The notes under the pieces are model-generated. The model ran no database searches. It saw only the letters and a program-made list of their open reading frames with translations, and had not been told where the DNA came from. From Desulfuromonadales bacterium (GTDB lineage: Bacteria; Desulfobacterota; Desulfuromonadia; Desulfuromonadales; BM103), in the NCBI GenBank assembly GCA_051305875.1, contig JBPPMD010000112.1:1-50639 (forward strand): DNA of 50,639 nt, given 5' to 3'. The translations under genes were made by a program, and so were the position numbers. Position 1 is the first letter of the stretch, and every line of letters starts with the position of its first letter. This document shows positions 12,364 to 21,498 of the stretch, in pieces.

Positions 12364-13815
12364 ATGGCCTTAGAAATCAGACAACAACTCAAGCTCAGTC
12401 AGCAATTGGTTATGACGCCCCAACTGCAACAGGCGATCAAGCTGTTGCAGCTATCGCGCATGGAGCTGATGGATGTTGTGCGCGAAGAACTCGAAGAGAA
12501 TCCTGTTCTGGAAGAAGGACAGGAGCTCCTTGAAGAGAAAAGCCAGGCAGCTGAAGAGCTGATCGCCGAACTTCCCGAAGTGCAGGCTCAGGACAATGTC
12601 AAGGAGGTTGAGGGCGACCGCGATGGCATGGCGGATATTGATTGGAAGACATACCTGGAAAGCTACAGCCTCGGCGGCTCCACGGCAGACAGTTATGAGG
12701 ATGATGAAGATCGTCCCTCTTTTGAAAACCTTCTGACCAAAAAGCCTTCTCTGTCTGACCACCTTTTGTGGCAGCTGAATCTCTCCCGATTGGAAAGCCG
12801 GGAAAGAGCTATCGCCGGCGAGATTATCGGCAACGTGGATGATGATGGTTATCTGCAGGTTTCGGTTGAAGAACTGGCTGTGCAGGCTGGTTGCAACGCA
12901 GGGCATGTCGAAAAAATTCTGAAAGAAGTTCAGGATTTCGATCCTCCCGGCGTTGCCAGTCGCAATCTCCAGGAATGTCTCCTTAAACAGGTGGAGCAAT
13001 TGGGGATGGCAGAGGACATCGTTGGCGTCATCCTGAGGGAATATATCGAAGAGCTGGAAAATCGCCGTTACCAAGTGATTGCCAGAAGTCTCCAGATTCC
13101 ATTGGATGAGGTGTTCGCTGCGGCCAAGTTTATCAGCGGTCTGGATCCTCGCCCGGGTAGTCAATACGGCCAGGAAGACGTTCATTACATCATCCCCGAT
13201 ATTTTCGTGTACAAAGTCAGTGATGAGTATATTGTCGTCCTCAACGACGAAGGTTTGCCCAATCTGCGGATCAATTCCTTTTATCGCAATGCTCTCTCCG
13301 GCTCTGCGCAGCTCGATGAAAAAGCGGGTGAATATATTCAGGAGAAGTTGCGCGGTGCCCTTTGGCTGATTAAAAGTATTCATCAGCGGCAACGGACAAT
13401 CTATCGGGTCACCAAGAGCATCGTTAAATTCCAGCGGGATTTCTTTGACCGGGGAGTTGCAAATCTCAAACCCCTGGTATTGCGCGATGTTGCTGAAGAT
13501 ATTGAAATGCATGAATCCACTGTCAGTCGCGTGACGACCAATAAGTATGTGCAGACGCCACAGGGTCTTTTTGAACTGAAGTACTTTTTCAATAGCGGCA
13601 TCAGTACAACCGAGGGAGACTCAGTCGCGTCGGAGAGCGTTAAAAGCAAAATTAAGGAAATTATTGCCGAGGAGAATACCCGCAAGCCGTATTCAGACCA
13701 GAAGATTGTTGATATCCTGCATGGTAAGGGAATCGATATCGCGCGTCGCACTGTAACCAAGTACCGGGAAATGCTGGGCGTAGGCTCTTCCACCCAGCGC
13801 AAGCGTTTGTTTTGA
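12364..13815 (+). CDS. rpoN: RNA polymerase sigma-54 factor
   Basis: MTPQLQQAIKLLQL, HESTVSR, RpoN box ARRTVTKYRE. Confidence 0.99.
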   Translation: MALEIRQQLKLSQQLVMTPQLQQAIKLLQLSRMELMDVVREELEENPVLEEGQELLEEKSQAAEELIAELPEVQAQDNVKEVEGDRDGMADIDWKTYLESYSLGGSTADSYEDDEDRPSFENLLTKKPSLSDHLLWQLNLSRLESRERAIAGEIIGNVDDDGYLQVSVEELAVQAGCNAGHVEKILKEVQDFDPPGVASRNLQECLLKQVEQLGMAEDIVGVILREYIEELENRRYQVIARSLQIPLDEVFAAAKFISGLDPRPGSQYGQEDVHYIIPDIFVYKVSDEYIVVLNDEGLPNLRINSFYRNALSGSAQLDEKAGEYIQEKLRGALWLIKSIHQRQRTIYRVTKSIVKFQRDFFDRGVANLKPLVLRDVAEDIEMHESTVSRVTTNKYVQTPQGLFELKYFFNSGISTTEGDSVASESVKSKIKEIIAEENTRKPYSDQKIVDILHGKGIDIARRTVTKYREMLGVGSSTQRKRLF

Positions 13816-13901
13816 CCTTGTCATGGTTTTATGCACGCTAGCCGGTATAATTGTAACATCACGTTCTTTTTCATAAACATTTACAAGGAGGTATGAAAAT
13901 T

Positions 13902-14447
13902 ATGCGGATTAATGTGACCTTTCGACATATGGAAAGCAGCGAACCGTTACGTAACTATGTTGAAGACAAACTGCCAAAGGTCAAAAAATATATTGATGAA
14001 CCCGTTGAAGCCCAGGTGGTTCTCTCAGTGGAAAAGAAAATCCGTCACAAAGCTGAGGTTTCCCTTTCGGCTAAAGGGATAACCATCAAAGCGACCGATG
14101 AAACCGCAGATATGTACGCTGCGGTTGACGGGGTGCTGGATAAGCTCGAACGTCAATTGAAGCGCTATAAAGATAAAATTAAAATGCACAAGCCACTCAG
14201 CGGGCGGGAACGGCGTGTGGAGAAAACCGTTTATACCGCTGAGAGTATCGATGAAGCTCATCCCGAGCCAAGCATTATCAAGTCAGACAGTTTTCACGTG
14301 AAGCCGATGTCTGTGGATGAAGCCGTCATGCAGATGGACCTGCTGGAGAAGGAGTTTCTGGTTTTCACAGATGCCTCATCCGAAGAGATTAATGTGGTCT
14401 ATCGTCGCAAAGATGGTAATTATGGCTTGATTGTCCCTCAGGCCTAG
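13902..14447 (+). CDS. hpf: Ribosome hibernation promoting factor (long HPF)
   Basis: DMYAAVD..KLERQ, KPMSVDEA, VVYRRKDGNYGLI; ATG 13902 best spaced from AAGGAGG (alternative start 13893). Confidence 0.95.
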   Translation: MRINVTFRHMESSEPLRNYVEDKLPKVKKYIDEPVEAQVVLSVEKKIRHKAEVSLSAKGITIKATDETADMYAAVDGVLDKLERQLKRYKDKIKMHKPLSGRERRVEKTVYTAESIDEAHPEPSIIKSDSFHVKPMSVDEAVMQMDLLEKEFLVFTDASSEEINVVYRRKDGNYGLIVPQA

Positions 14448-14458
14448 GGCTATCTTTA

Positions 14459-14491
14459 TACGGCAGACGTTCAATGTGACCGTCTGCCGTA
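14459..14491 (+). other. Stem-loop after hpf
   Basis: TACGGCAGACG / CGTCTGCCGTA 11-bp inverted repeat, no immediate U-tract. Confidence 0.5.
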
Positions 14492-14534
14492 GTTCCACTT
14501 ACTTTTATTTATAAATAACCAGGTTAATCGTGAA

Positions 14535-14996
14535 ATGAAAATTTCGGAGTTGCTTGATCCTGCGGCAATCGTCGCAGAACTGGATGGTACGGGAAAAAAA
14601 GAAGTTCTTGCCGAATTGACCGATGCTCTTTTGAAAGCGGATCCGAGTCTGGTCAGGGATGATATCCTTAAAGTCCTTATGGAGCGGGAGCGGCTTGGGT
14701 CCACGGGCATTGGCGATGGTGTCGCTATACCTCACGGTAAATTGAAAGATATAGATCGTCTTATGATTTCTTTTGGTCTGAGTCGTCAAGGGGTTGATTT
14801 TGACTCAATGGATGGCAAACCGGCGCACCTTTTTTTCCTGCTGGTTGCTCCTGAGGAATCGGTTGGCATTCATTTGAAGACTCTGGCCCGCATTTCCAAG
14901 CTGCTGAAAAGTACCTCTGTGCGAGAGCGTCTGCAGTCAGCGGTCGACAGCGAAGAAATCCATCGCATAATCGCTGAAGAGGAAGAGCAGTTGTAA
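14535..14996 (+). CDS. ptsN: PTS EIIA(Ntr)
   Basis: RERLGSTGIGDGVAIPH, FDSMDGKP. Confidence 0.93.
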   Translation: MKISELLDPAAIVAELDGTGKKEVLAELTDALLKADPSLVRDDILKVLMERERLGSTGIGDGVAIPHGKLKDIDRLMISFGLSRQGVDFDSMDGKPAHLFFLLVAPEESVGIHLKTLARISKLLKSTSVRERLQSAVDSEEIHRIIAEEEEQL

Positions 14997-15008
14997 ACGG
15001 TAGAATCT

Positions 15009-15992
15009 ATGCCTCGTCTGAGTATTGCAGAACTATTGTCCGAGACGGAGGCCGGGCTTGACCTGGAGCTTTTGGCCGGCGAGCGTGGCCTGAACCGTTT
15101 TGTACAGATCCCAAGAATCCAAAAACCTGGTTTGGCACTGGCCGGTTATACCAAGAATCTCCATCCCGATCGCATTCAGATACTCGGCGCCTCCGAGCTG
15201 AGTTATCTCTCGGAATTATTGCTGCAGGACCGCAGCAAGGCTGAAGAGCACATCGCCCGGCTCTGCGCACTTGATATCTGCTGCTTTATCATCACCAAAA
15301 ATTTGACCCCGCCCGAAAGCCTCCGGCTCGCAGTGGAGAAGCACAATATTCCGCTGCTGCGCAGTCATCATCAAAGCTCAACCTTCATCTCTCTGTTGAC
15401 CCAGTATCTGGAAGAGCGCCTGCTCGCTCAGACCAATGTGCATGGAGTGCTTGTCGATGTGCTCGGCGTTGGTGTACTCCTGCTCGGCAAGAGCGGCGTC
15501 GGCAAAAGCGAATGCGCTCTTGATCTGATCATCCGTGGACATCGACTGGTCGCTGATGATGTCATTAAGGTCCGTCTGAAATTGCCGGCAGTTCTCTTTG
15601 GCGAATGTAGTGACCTGTTGCATTACCATATGGAGATCCGTGGTCTGGGCATCATCAATATTAAACATTTGTTTGGCGTAGCTGCTATTCGTGAGCGCAA
15701 AAAAATCGATCTGGCTATCGAACTCGTGGAATGGCAGGATGGCCACGAATACGACCGCCTCGGTCTGGAAGAGAGCAGCTATGAACTGCTTGGGGTGAAA
15801 TTGCCCCTACAGACAATTCCGGTGCGTCAGGGCCGGAATATTACGACCATCGTTGAGGTTGCGGCCCGCAACCAGTTGCTCAAGGAGATGGGTTATCACA
15901 GTGCGGTAGAATTTGAAGAGCGTTTGGAGCAGCGCATGGCTGAAACTGCCAGAATCCACGCTCAGTCCATCATCGGGGATAACCTGGAATGA
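15009..15992 (+). CDS. hprK: HPr kinase/phosphorylase
   Basis: HGVLVDV, GKSGVGKSECALDL, LVADD, MEIRGLGII, EVAARN. Confidence 0.97.
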   Translation: MPRLSIAELLSETEAGLDLELLAGERGLNRFVQIPRIQKPGLALAGYTKNLHPDRIQILGASELSYLSELLLQDRSKAEEHIARLCALDICCFIITKNLTPPESLRLAVEKHNIPLLRSHHQSSTFISLLTQYLEERLLAQTNVHGVLVDVLGVGVLLLGKSGVGKSECALDLIIRGHRLVADDVIKVRLKLPAVLFGECSDLLHYHMEIRGLGIINIKHLFGVAAIRERKKIDLAIELVEWQDGHEYDRLGLEESSYELLGVKLPLQTIPVRQGRNITTIVEVAARNQLLKEMGYHSAVEFEERLEQRMAETARIHAQSIIGDNLE

Positions 15993-16846
15993 AACGGCAG
16001 CTGGTTATCATCACCGGGCTGTCGGGATCCGGTAAAAGTACTGGCGCCAGGGCCCTTGAAGATGCCGGTTTCTTTGTCATCGATAATCTTCCCTTGGTCA
16101 TGCTTCCAGATTTTCTCGCGTTGACAGGACATGGCTACCCCAAAGTTGCCGCTGTCGTTGATGCCAGAAGTTCCGGTTTCTTAGGCGATTGCCACGAAGT
16201 CCTACGGCGCATCAAAGCTGAAGGACACGACGTCGATGTGCTGTTTTTTGAAGCCTCGGACCATGACCTGATCAAACGCTTTTCAGAGACACGCCGCCGT
16301 CATCCTCTGGTGCAGGAAGAAGGGACTCTTGCCGCCATTGGTCATGAACGCGAAGTCATGTCAGAACTGCGCAGACTGGCTACGATCATTCTTGATTCTT
16401 CCGGACTGAGTGTTCATCAACTTCGCCAGCGAGTCCTGGTTTGTGTCCTTGGAACGGAAGATTCTGAAGGGCAATTACAGGTGCAGGTGCAGTCTTTCGG
16501 CTTTAGAAATGGCCTGCCTCTGGGTGCAGACCTGGTTTTTGATGTGCGATTTCTCAATAACCCGCATTTCGTAGAAGAATTACGTCCCAGGACCGGGCTG
16601 GACCCGGCGGTCAGCAGCTTCGTTCTGAGTCAGCCAGACTACAAGACTTTTATCGTCAAGCTCAAGGATCTGCTTTTCTTCCTGCTGCCGCGTTATCGTC
16701 AGGAGGGCAAGGCCAGCCTGACGATTGGCATCGGCTGTACCGGTGGCTGCCATCGCAGTGTCGCTATCGCAGAAGATCTGAGGCCTTACCTGCTCGGCAC
16801 CGGAAGTGTTGTACAGGTGAAGCACAGGGATATCGTCAAGGAATGA
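15989..16846 (+). CDS. rapZ: RNase adapter RapZ
   Basis: GLSGSGKS, DNLP, ETRRRHP, SFGF, DVRFL, GCTGG.HRSV. Confidence 0.96.
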   Translation: MKRQLVIITGLSGSGKSTGARALEDAGFFVIDNLPLVMLPDFLALTGHGYPKVAAVVDARSSGFLGDCHEVLRRIKAEGHDVDVLFFEASDHDLIKRFSETRRRHPLVQEEGTLAAIGHEREVMSELRRLATIILDSSGLSVHQLRQRVLVCVLGTEDSEGQLQVQVQSFGFRNGLPLGADLVFDVRFLNNPHFVEELRPRTGLDPAVSSFVLSQPDYKTFIVKLKDLLFFLLPRYRQEGKASLTIGIGCTGGCHRSVAIAEDLRPYLLGTGSVVQVKHRDIVKE

Positions 16847-16850
16847 TTCT

Positions 16851-17252
16851 ATGATTGGTGTGGTCGTTGCGACTCATGGCAACCTCGGTGCAGAGCTTCT
16901 GGAGTCGACGCAGATGATTATTGGCCCGGTCCGAAATGCCAGGTCAGTCAGCATTAACCAGGATAACTCTATGGAAGATATCCGGGATGCCATAGCGGCC
17001 GCTGTTGCCGAGGTTGGGACAGATGGCAACGGCGTCATTATCGTAACCGACATGTTTGGCGGTACTCCCGCTAATGTCAGCATGACTTTTCTGGAACCAC
17101 AGGCAGTGGATGTCCTGACCGGTGTCAACCTGCCTATGCTGCTCAAGTTTTTCAATAGCCAGGAGAGCCTTGGTCTGGATGAATTGGCGGGAATTCTCAA
17201 GTCGTATGGTCAACAGAGCATTATCCTGGCCAGTGAATACCTGCAGCGATAG
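16851..17252 (+). CDS. PTS mannose-family EIIA
   Basis: VVATHG, TDMFGGTPAN, TGVNLPML. Confidence 0.93.
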   Translation: MIGVVVATHGNLGAELLESTQMIIGPVRNARSVSINQDNSMEDIRDAIAAAVAEVGTDGNGVIIVTDMFGGTPANVSMTFLEPQAVDVLTGVNLPMLLKFFNSQESLGLDELAGILKSYGQQSIILASEYLQR

Positions 17253-17264
17253 GAGCTGTTTGTA

Positions 17265-17753
17265 ATGAGTATTGTTCTGGCGCGTATCGACAGCCGTCTG
17301 GTACATGGACAGGTCCTGGAAGCCTGGGTCCCCTATGTCGATGCCGATTGCATTGTCGTCGCCAACGATGAAGTCGCGGCGGCCTCTTTTCAGCGCATGG
17401 TTATGCAGGCCGCAATCCCGAGTTCAATCAAACTGATTATCGGTACGTTGGAGGAGACGGCATGTATCCTCAAATCCGCCGAACTGCTCAAAAAGCGGGT
17501 CCTGTTGCTTTTTACCAGTTCTGATGATGCCCTGAAAGCCCGCCAGCTCGGCGTATCTTATGCAAAACTCAACCTCGGCAACATGCATTCAAGCGCAGGC
17601 AAGAATCGCTATACCTGTACAATTGCTCTTGATCAGCAGGATATTGATACTTTGCAGAAGGTCGAGGATCAAGGAGTCACCATCGTTTCCCAATGTGTGC
17701 CCGCAGATCGAGAGCAGAACTGGCATAAGCTGATTCGTTCCGGAGGTCGTTAA
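17265..17753 (+). CDS. PTS mannose-family EIIB
   Basis: RIDSRLVHGQV, LNLGNMH. Confidence 0.92.
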   Translation: MSIVLARIDSRLVHGQVLEAWVPYVDADCIVVANDEVAAASFQRMVMQAAIPSSIKLIIGTLEETACILKSAELLKKRVLLLFTSSDDALKARQLGVSYAKLNLGNMHSSAGKNRYTCTIALDQQDIDTLQKVEDQGVTIVSQCVPADREQNWHKLIRSGGR

Positions 17754-18446
17754 ATGGTCGTCGGTGACTACCTGCTGGCCGGTCTGGTGGCCATGCTGAC
17801 CGGACTGGATCGGGTTGCCCTGGTGCAAATCATGATTTCCCGGCCGCTGGTTGCCGCGCCTCTGACCGGGTGGGCTCTCGGTAATCCTATGGTCGGCATG
17901 GAGGTCGGCATGTTGCTCGAATTACTCTGGCTCGGCAGGTTGCCGGTTGGAGCAGCGATTCCTCCGGATGATACACAGGTAGCGGTAGGTGCGACTGTCC
18001 TGGCTGTAAGTATGGGGCACTTGCTTGACTTGAATGGCATGCCGCTAGTGATTCTGTCTGTACTGATTGCGATCCCTTTAGGCAAGTTCGGCCAGGTTTT
18101 TGAACGTCTGGCGCGTCATGTCAATGACCGCCTTGCTGTCAACGGTCACAACGCTCTCATGACGGGCAGCATAGTCAGTTTCGAACGTTATCATCTAATC
18201 GGTCTTGCCAGCTTTGCCCTGGCGAGTCTGGCCACTGCAGTAATTATTGTTCTGGTGGGCAGCTTTGTCCTCTATTCCGTGGCTCCCCTGCTTATCGGGG
18301 CGGTGCGTGAAGCTGGCTTGAGTCTGCAATACAGCCTGATTCTGGTCGGAGCGGCGTCACTCCTCGGGACGATCAATGTCAATCGCAGCATTTCCCTGTT
18401 TTGCGCCGCGTTTACCGGGACCATGCTGGTCCTCTGGTTGAGATGA
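17754..18446 (+). CDS. PTS mannose-family EIIC
   Basis: SRPLV, G..LELLWLG..PVGAAIPP; multiple TM helices. Confidence 0.9.
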   Translation: MVVGDYLLAGLVAMLTGLDRVALVQIMISRPLVAAPLTGWALGNPMVGMEVGMLLELLWLGRLPVGAAIPPDDTQVAVGATVLAVSMGHLLDLNGMPLVILSVLIAIPLGKFGQVFERLARHVNDRLAVNGHNALMTGSIVSFERYHLIGLASFALASLATAVIIVLVGSFVLYSVAPLLIGAVREAGLSLQYSLILVGAASLLGTINVNRSISLFCAAFTGTMLVLWLR

Positions 18447-18450
18447 GGTT

Positions 18451-19203
18451 ATGAAAGAGATACGCTTTTCCTGGCTGATATTCCTGCGCATATATCTCCG
18501 ATCCTTTCTGCTGCAGGCCAGCTGGAACTTCGACAAGCTGCAAAACCTGGGTTTTTTCTATTTGATACTTCCGGGATTGCGCCATATCTACGGTGCGCAG
18601 ATTCCTGTTGATGTCCGTCAGCGACATTGCGACTATTTCAATACCCACCCCTATTTTGCGCCGCTGGTTGCAGGAACGACTCTGCGATTGGAAACGCTCA
18701 GCATTTCGGGTGAAGAACCTGCAGTTGATGCTGAAACATATAAAAACATGGTCATGGCACCACTTGCCGCGATGGGTGATGCGCTCTTCTGGGGCGGTAT
18801 CCGCCCTCTGGCGGCTTTGATCGGATTGCTGATTGCGAGCCAGGGTTCCCTCTGGGCTCCGCTGGTTTTTCTGGTGCTGTTTAATGTGCCTCACCTGCTG
18901 TTTCGTGGCATTGGACTTGTGCTCGGTTATGTTCAGGAATTGAGAGCCATCGAAACCATACAGAAATGTCGCCTGCCGGATTTGGCGATCCGGCTCAAAG
19001 AGTCAACGACTGTGCTTATTGGCGTGCTTTGCGCGTACCTGGCCTTTAAAGGATGTGAGCACCAGGAGCTTTCTGCGATTTGGGGCTTTGTCCTATTGCC
19101 GATTGTTCTGCTTTTTGCCTGGTTGGCTCATAAAGGGGTAACGAGCCTGTTTCTTGTGTTATTAACAACGTCCAGCCTGTTGTTGCTGGCGCTGCTGTTC
19201 TGA
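18451..19203 (+). CDS. PTS mannose-family EIID
   Basis: QASWNFDKLQNLGF, FNTHP, PLAAMGDALFWG. Confidence 0.92.
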   Translation: MKEIRFSWLIFLRIYLRSFLLQASWNFDKLQNLGFFYLILPGLRHIYGAQIPVDVRQRHCDYFNTHPYFAPLVAGTTLRLETLSISGEEPAVDAETYKNMVMAPLAAMGDALFWGGIRPLAALIGLLIASQGSLWAPLVFLVLFNVPHLLFRGIGLVLGYVQELRAIETIQKCRLPDLAIRLKESTTVLIGVLCAYLAFKGCEHQELSAIWGFVLLPIVLLFAWLAHKGVTSLFLVLLTTSSLLLLALLF

Positions 19204-19215
19204 GAGAAGGGATAT

Positions 19216-19488
19216 ATGCCGATAGAAAGTTCAAAATTCAAAATCGTGAATCGCCTGGGACTGCATGCCCGGGCAGCGGCTCAGCTGGTTCAGACCGCCA
19301 ACCGGTTCCTGTCGGATGTGACTGTCGAAAAAGACGGTGATGAAGTAAACGGCAAGAGCATTATGGGCTTGCTGATGTTGGCGGCTCCTAAAGGATCACT
19401 CATAAACGTAACGGTGTCGGGTAAAGACGCTGAAGAAGCAATGAAAGTAATCGGGACTTTGATCAATGACGGCTTCGGTGAAGATTGA
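19216..19488 (+). CDS. ptsH: Phosphocarrier protein HPr
   Basis: GLHARAA (His15) and NGKSIMGL (Ser46). Confidence 0.97.
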   Translation: MPIESSKFKIVNRLGLHARAAAQLVQTANRFLSDVTVEKDGDEVNGKSIMGLLMLAAPKGSLINVTVSGKDAEEAMKVIGTLINDGFGED

Positions 19489-21253
19489 TATAACCGAGGA
19501 TACTATCCTCGTCGGTATCGCTGCAGCGCCCGGGATTGCAATCTCAAGGAGTCATAGGGTCAATCGCGACCGCATGACTGTCATTGAACGTCGAATTCTT
19601 CCGGCAGAGGTCGGCCCGGAAATAGCAGCGTTCAAGGATGCTGTCAACAAGTCCAAAAGCCAGTTGCTTGAAGTCAAAGACCAGGCTGGCAGCAAAGAAC
19701 TTTTTGAACATCTCTATATTATCGATACTCATTTGCTGATTCTTGATGATGAGATGCTGATCGGGGAGACGCTCAGACTGATTCGTGAGGAACTGATCAA
19801 CGCCGAAGGTGCCCTGAACAGGGTGCTGCGCAAGCTGCGGCAGATGTTCGAGAGGATCAGCGACGAGTATCTGCGGGAACGGCGTTCGGATATCGATTCG
19901 ATCGGTGACCGTTTGATGCGCAATCTGCTTGGTGGAACCCATGAATCACTGGCAGACGTCAAGGATCAGGTCATTGTCGTCGCCCACGATCTCTCCCCTG
20001 CAGATACTGTTCAGATCGACAGGTCAAAGGTGATCGGGTTCGTGACTGATGTCGGCGGCCGTACTTCGCATACCGCAATCCTGGCGCGCTCGCTCGGCAT
20101 CCCTGCAGTGGTTGGATTAGAGACCGTGACCTCGCTGGTGCCGGATGGTACGCCGATGATCATCGATGGCAGCACTGGCACCGTAATCCTTAGGCCGTCG
20201 GCAGAAACTTTTCGTGAGTATTTAATAAAGAAACAGCACTACGACTACCTGGAGTCTGAGCTCGTCCAGTTCCGCAGCCTGCCGGCCATAACCAGGGACA
20301 ACTGCCCTATGGCCCTGCGCAGCAACATCGACTTTGTAGGTGAAATAACCGCGGCACGGGAACAGGGAGCCCAGGGGATCGGCCTGTTTCGTACCGAGTA
20401 TCTCTACATGTCGGGAGAAGGCCCGCCCTCCGAAGAGGAGCAGCTTGCCATCTATAGCGCGGCTGTGGAGCAGATGGCACCTTTCCCGGTTACTATCAGA
20501 ACCCTTGATGTCGGTGGTGATAAGTTTGTGCCCGATTTTAACCTCGCTGATGAGGTCAACCCGGCCATGGGACTGCGTGCTGTACGTTTTTCACTCAAAG
20601 AAGTCAATCTGTTCAGGATCCAGCTGCGAGCAATCCTCAGGGCTGGTGTGTTCGGTCCGATTCGCATCATGTTCCCGATGATTTCGGGGGTAGCCGAAGT
20701 GCGTGAATGCAAGCAGTTTGTCGAGAGAGAACGCCAGGACCTGCTTTCGGCAGGCATTGCCTGTGGTGAAAATGTTGAAATCGGTATTATGATAGAAACG
20801 CCGGCCGCTGTACTGATCGCAGATCTGCTGGCAAAAGAAGTCGATTTTTTCTCGGTCGGAACTAACGACTTGATACAATATTGCCTGGCAATTGATCGTG
20901 GCAATGAACACGTCGCTTATCTCTATGAGCCGACGCATCCGGCTGTGCTGCAGGCGCTGCATCAAGTCTGCCGTGCGGCAAAGAATGCCGGCATAGATGT
21001 TGGCATGTGTGGCGAAATGGCCGGAGAGGATCTCTACTCGCTGGTCCTGGTTGCGCTTGGATTCCGGGAATTATCAATGAATGCGATGAATATCTCGCGG
21101 GTCAAACGCATTATCCGCCAGATCAAAATACCGGAGGCCAAGCAAATTCTTGATCACCTCTTGTCTTTATCAACGGCAGCAGAAATCTCCGCAGCCCTGG
21201 AAAAGGAAATGAACCAGCGTTATCCGCAGGTTTTTTCTGAGAAACACTTCTAG
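19466..21253 (+). CDS. ptsI: PTS enzyme I
   Basis: TSHTAILARS, GLFRTE, RTLDVGGDK, MIETP, SVGTNDL, GMCGEMAG. Confidence 0.97.
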   Translation: MTASVKIDITEDTILVGIAAAPGIAISRSHRVNRDRMTVIERRILPAEVGPEIAAFKDAVNKSKSQLLEVKDQAGSKELFEHLYIIDTHLLILDDEMLIGETLRLIREELINAEGALNRVLRKLRQMFERISDEYLRERRSDIDSIGDRLMRNLLGGTHESLADVKDQVIVVAHDLSPADTVQIDRSKVIGFVTDVGGRTSHTAILARSLGIPAVVGLETVTSLVPDGTPMIIDGSTGTVILRPSAETFREYLIKKQHYDYLESELVQFRSLPAITRDNCPMALRSNIDFVGEITAAREQGAQGIGLFRTEYLYMSGEGPPSEEEQLAIYSAAVEQMAPFPVTIRTLDVGGDKFVPDFNLADEVNPAMGLRAVRFSLKEVNLFRIQLRAILRAGVFGPIRIMFPMISGVAEVRECKQFVERERQDLLSAGIACGENVEIGIMIETPAAVLIADLLAKEVDFFSVGTNDLIQYCLAIDRGNEHVAYLYEPTHPAVLQALHQVCRAAKNAGIDVGMCGEMAGEDLYSLVLVALGFRELSMNAMNISRVKRIIRQIKIPEAKQILDHLLSLSTAAEISAALEKEMNQRYPQVFSEKHF

Positions 21254-21415
21254 TACCCTGTAACCTATATGATTTCGATGGATTGCGTAGGGCTTTGCCG
21301 TGTCAGCAAGGCGCGATTTCTGGTGCCTAGCCGTAGCTAAGCAGCTGAAATCAGAACGTAGCTGACGCGGCAAAGAACAAGCAAGGTGCGAAAGATTATG
21401 GGTTACAGGGTACTA
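21251..21415. mobile_element. MITE-like element B, 165 bp, with perfect 15-bp terminal inverted repeats
   Basis: TAGTACCCTGTAACC (21251-21265) / GGTTACAGGGTACTA (21401-21415); internal IR CTTTGCCGTGTCAGC / GCTGACGCGGCAAAG. Confidence 0.8.
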
Positions 21416-21430
21416 AGCAGCCTGTCGGAC

Positions 21431-21459
21431 TTGACAGTACCGTCAGAAACAATTAACGT
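21431..21459 (+). promoter_or_regulatory. Putative metK promoter
   Basis: TTGACA, 17 nt, TAACGT. Confidence 0.5.
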
Positions 21460-21498
21460 TCCGACTCATTAATAATGAATTTCAAGGAGTATGATTCT

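Noticed and set aside
12451-13512. Long antisense ORFs (e.g. 12451-13512, 29755-30804, 40623-41624)
   Set aside because: Shadows of well-conserved plus-strand genes with no recognisable motifs.
12280-13900. sigma-54 (-24/-12) promoters around rpoN and hpf
   Set aside because: Candidates lack correct GG-N10-GC spacing.
21260-21480. SAM riboswitch upstream of metK
   Set aside because: No SAM-I/II consensus seen; the structure is explained by the TIR-bounded element.
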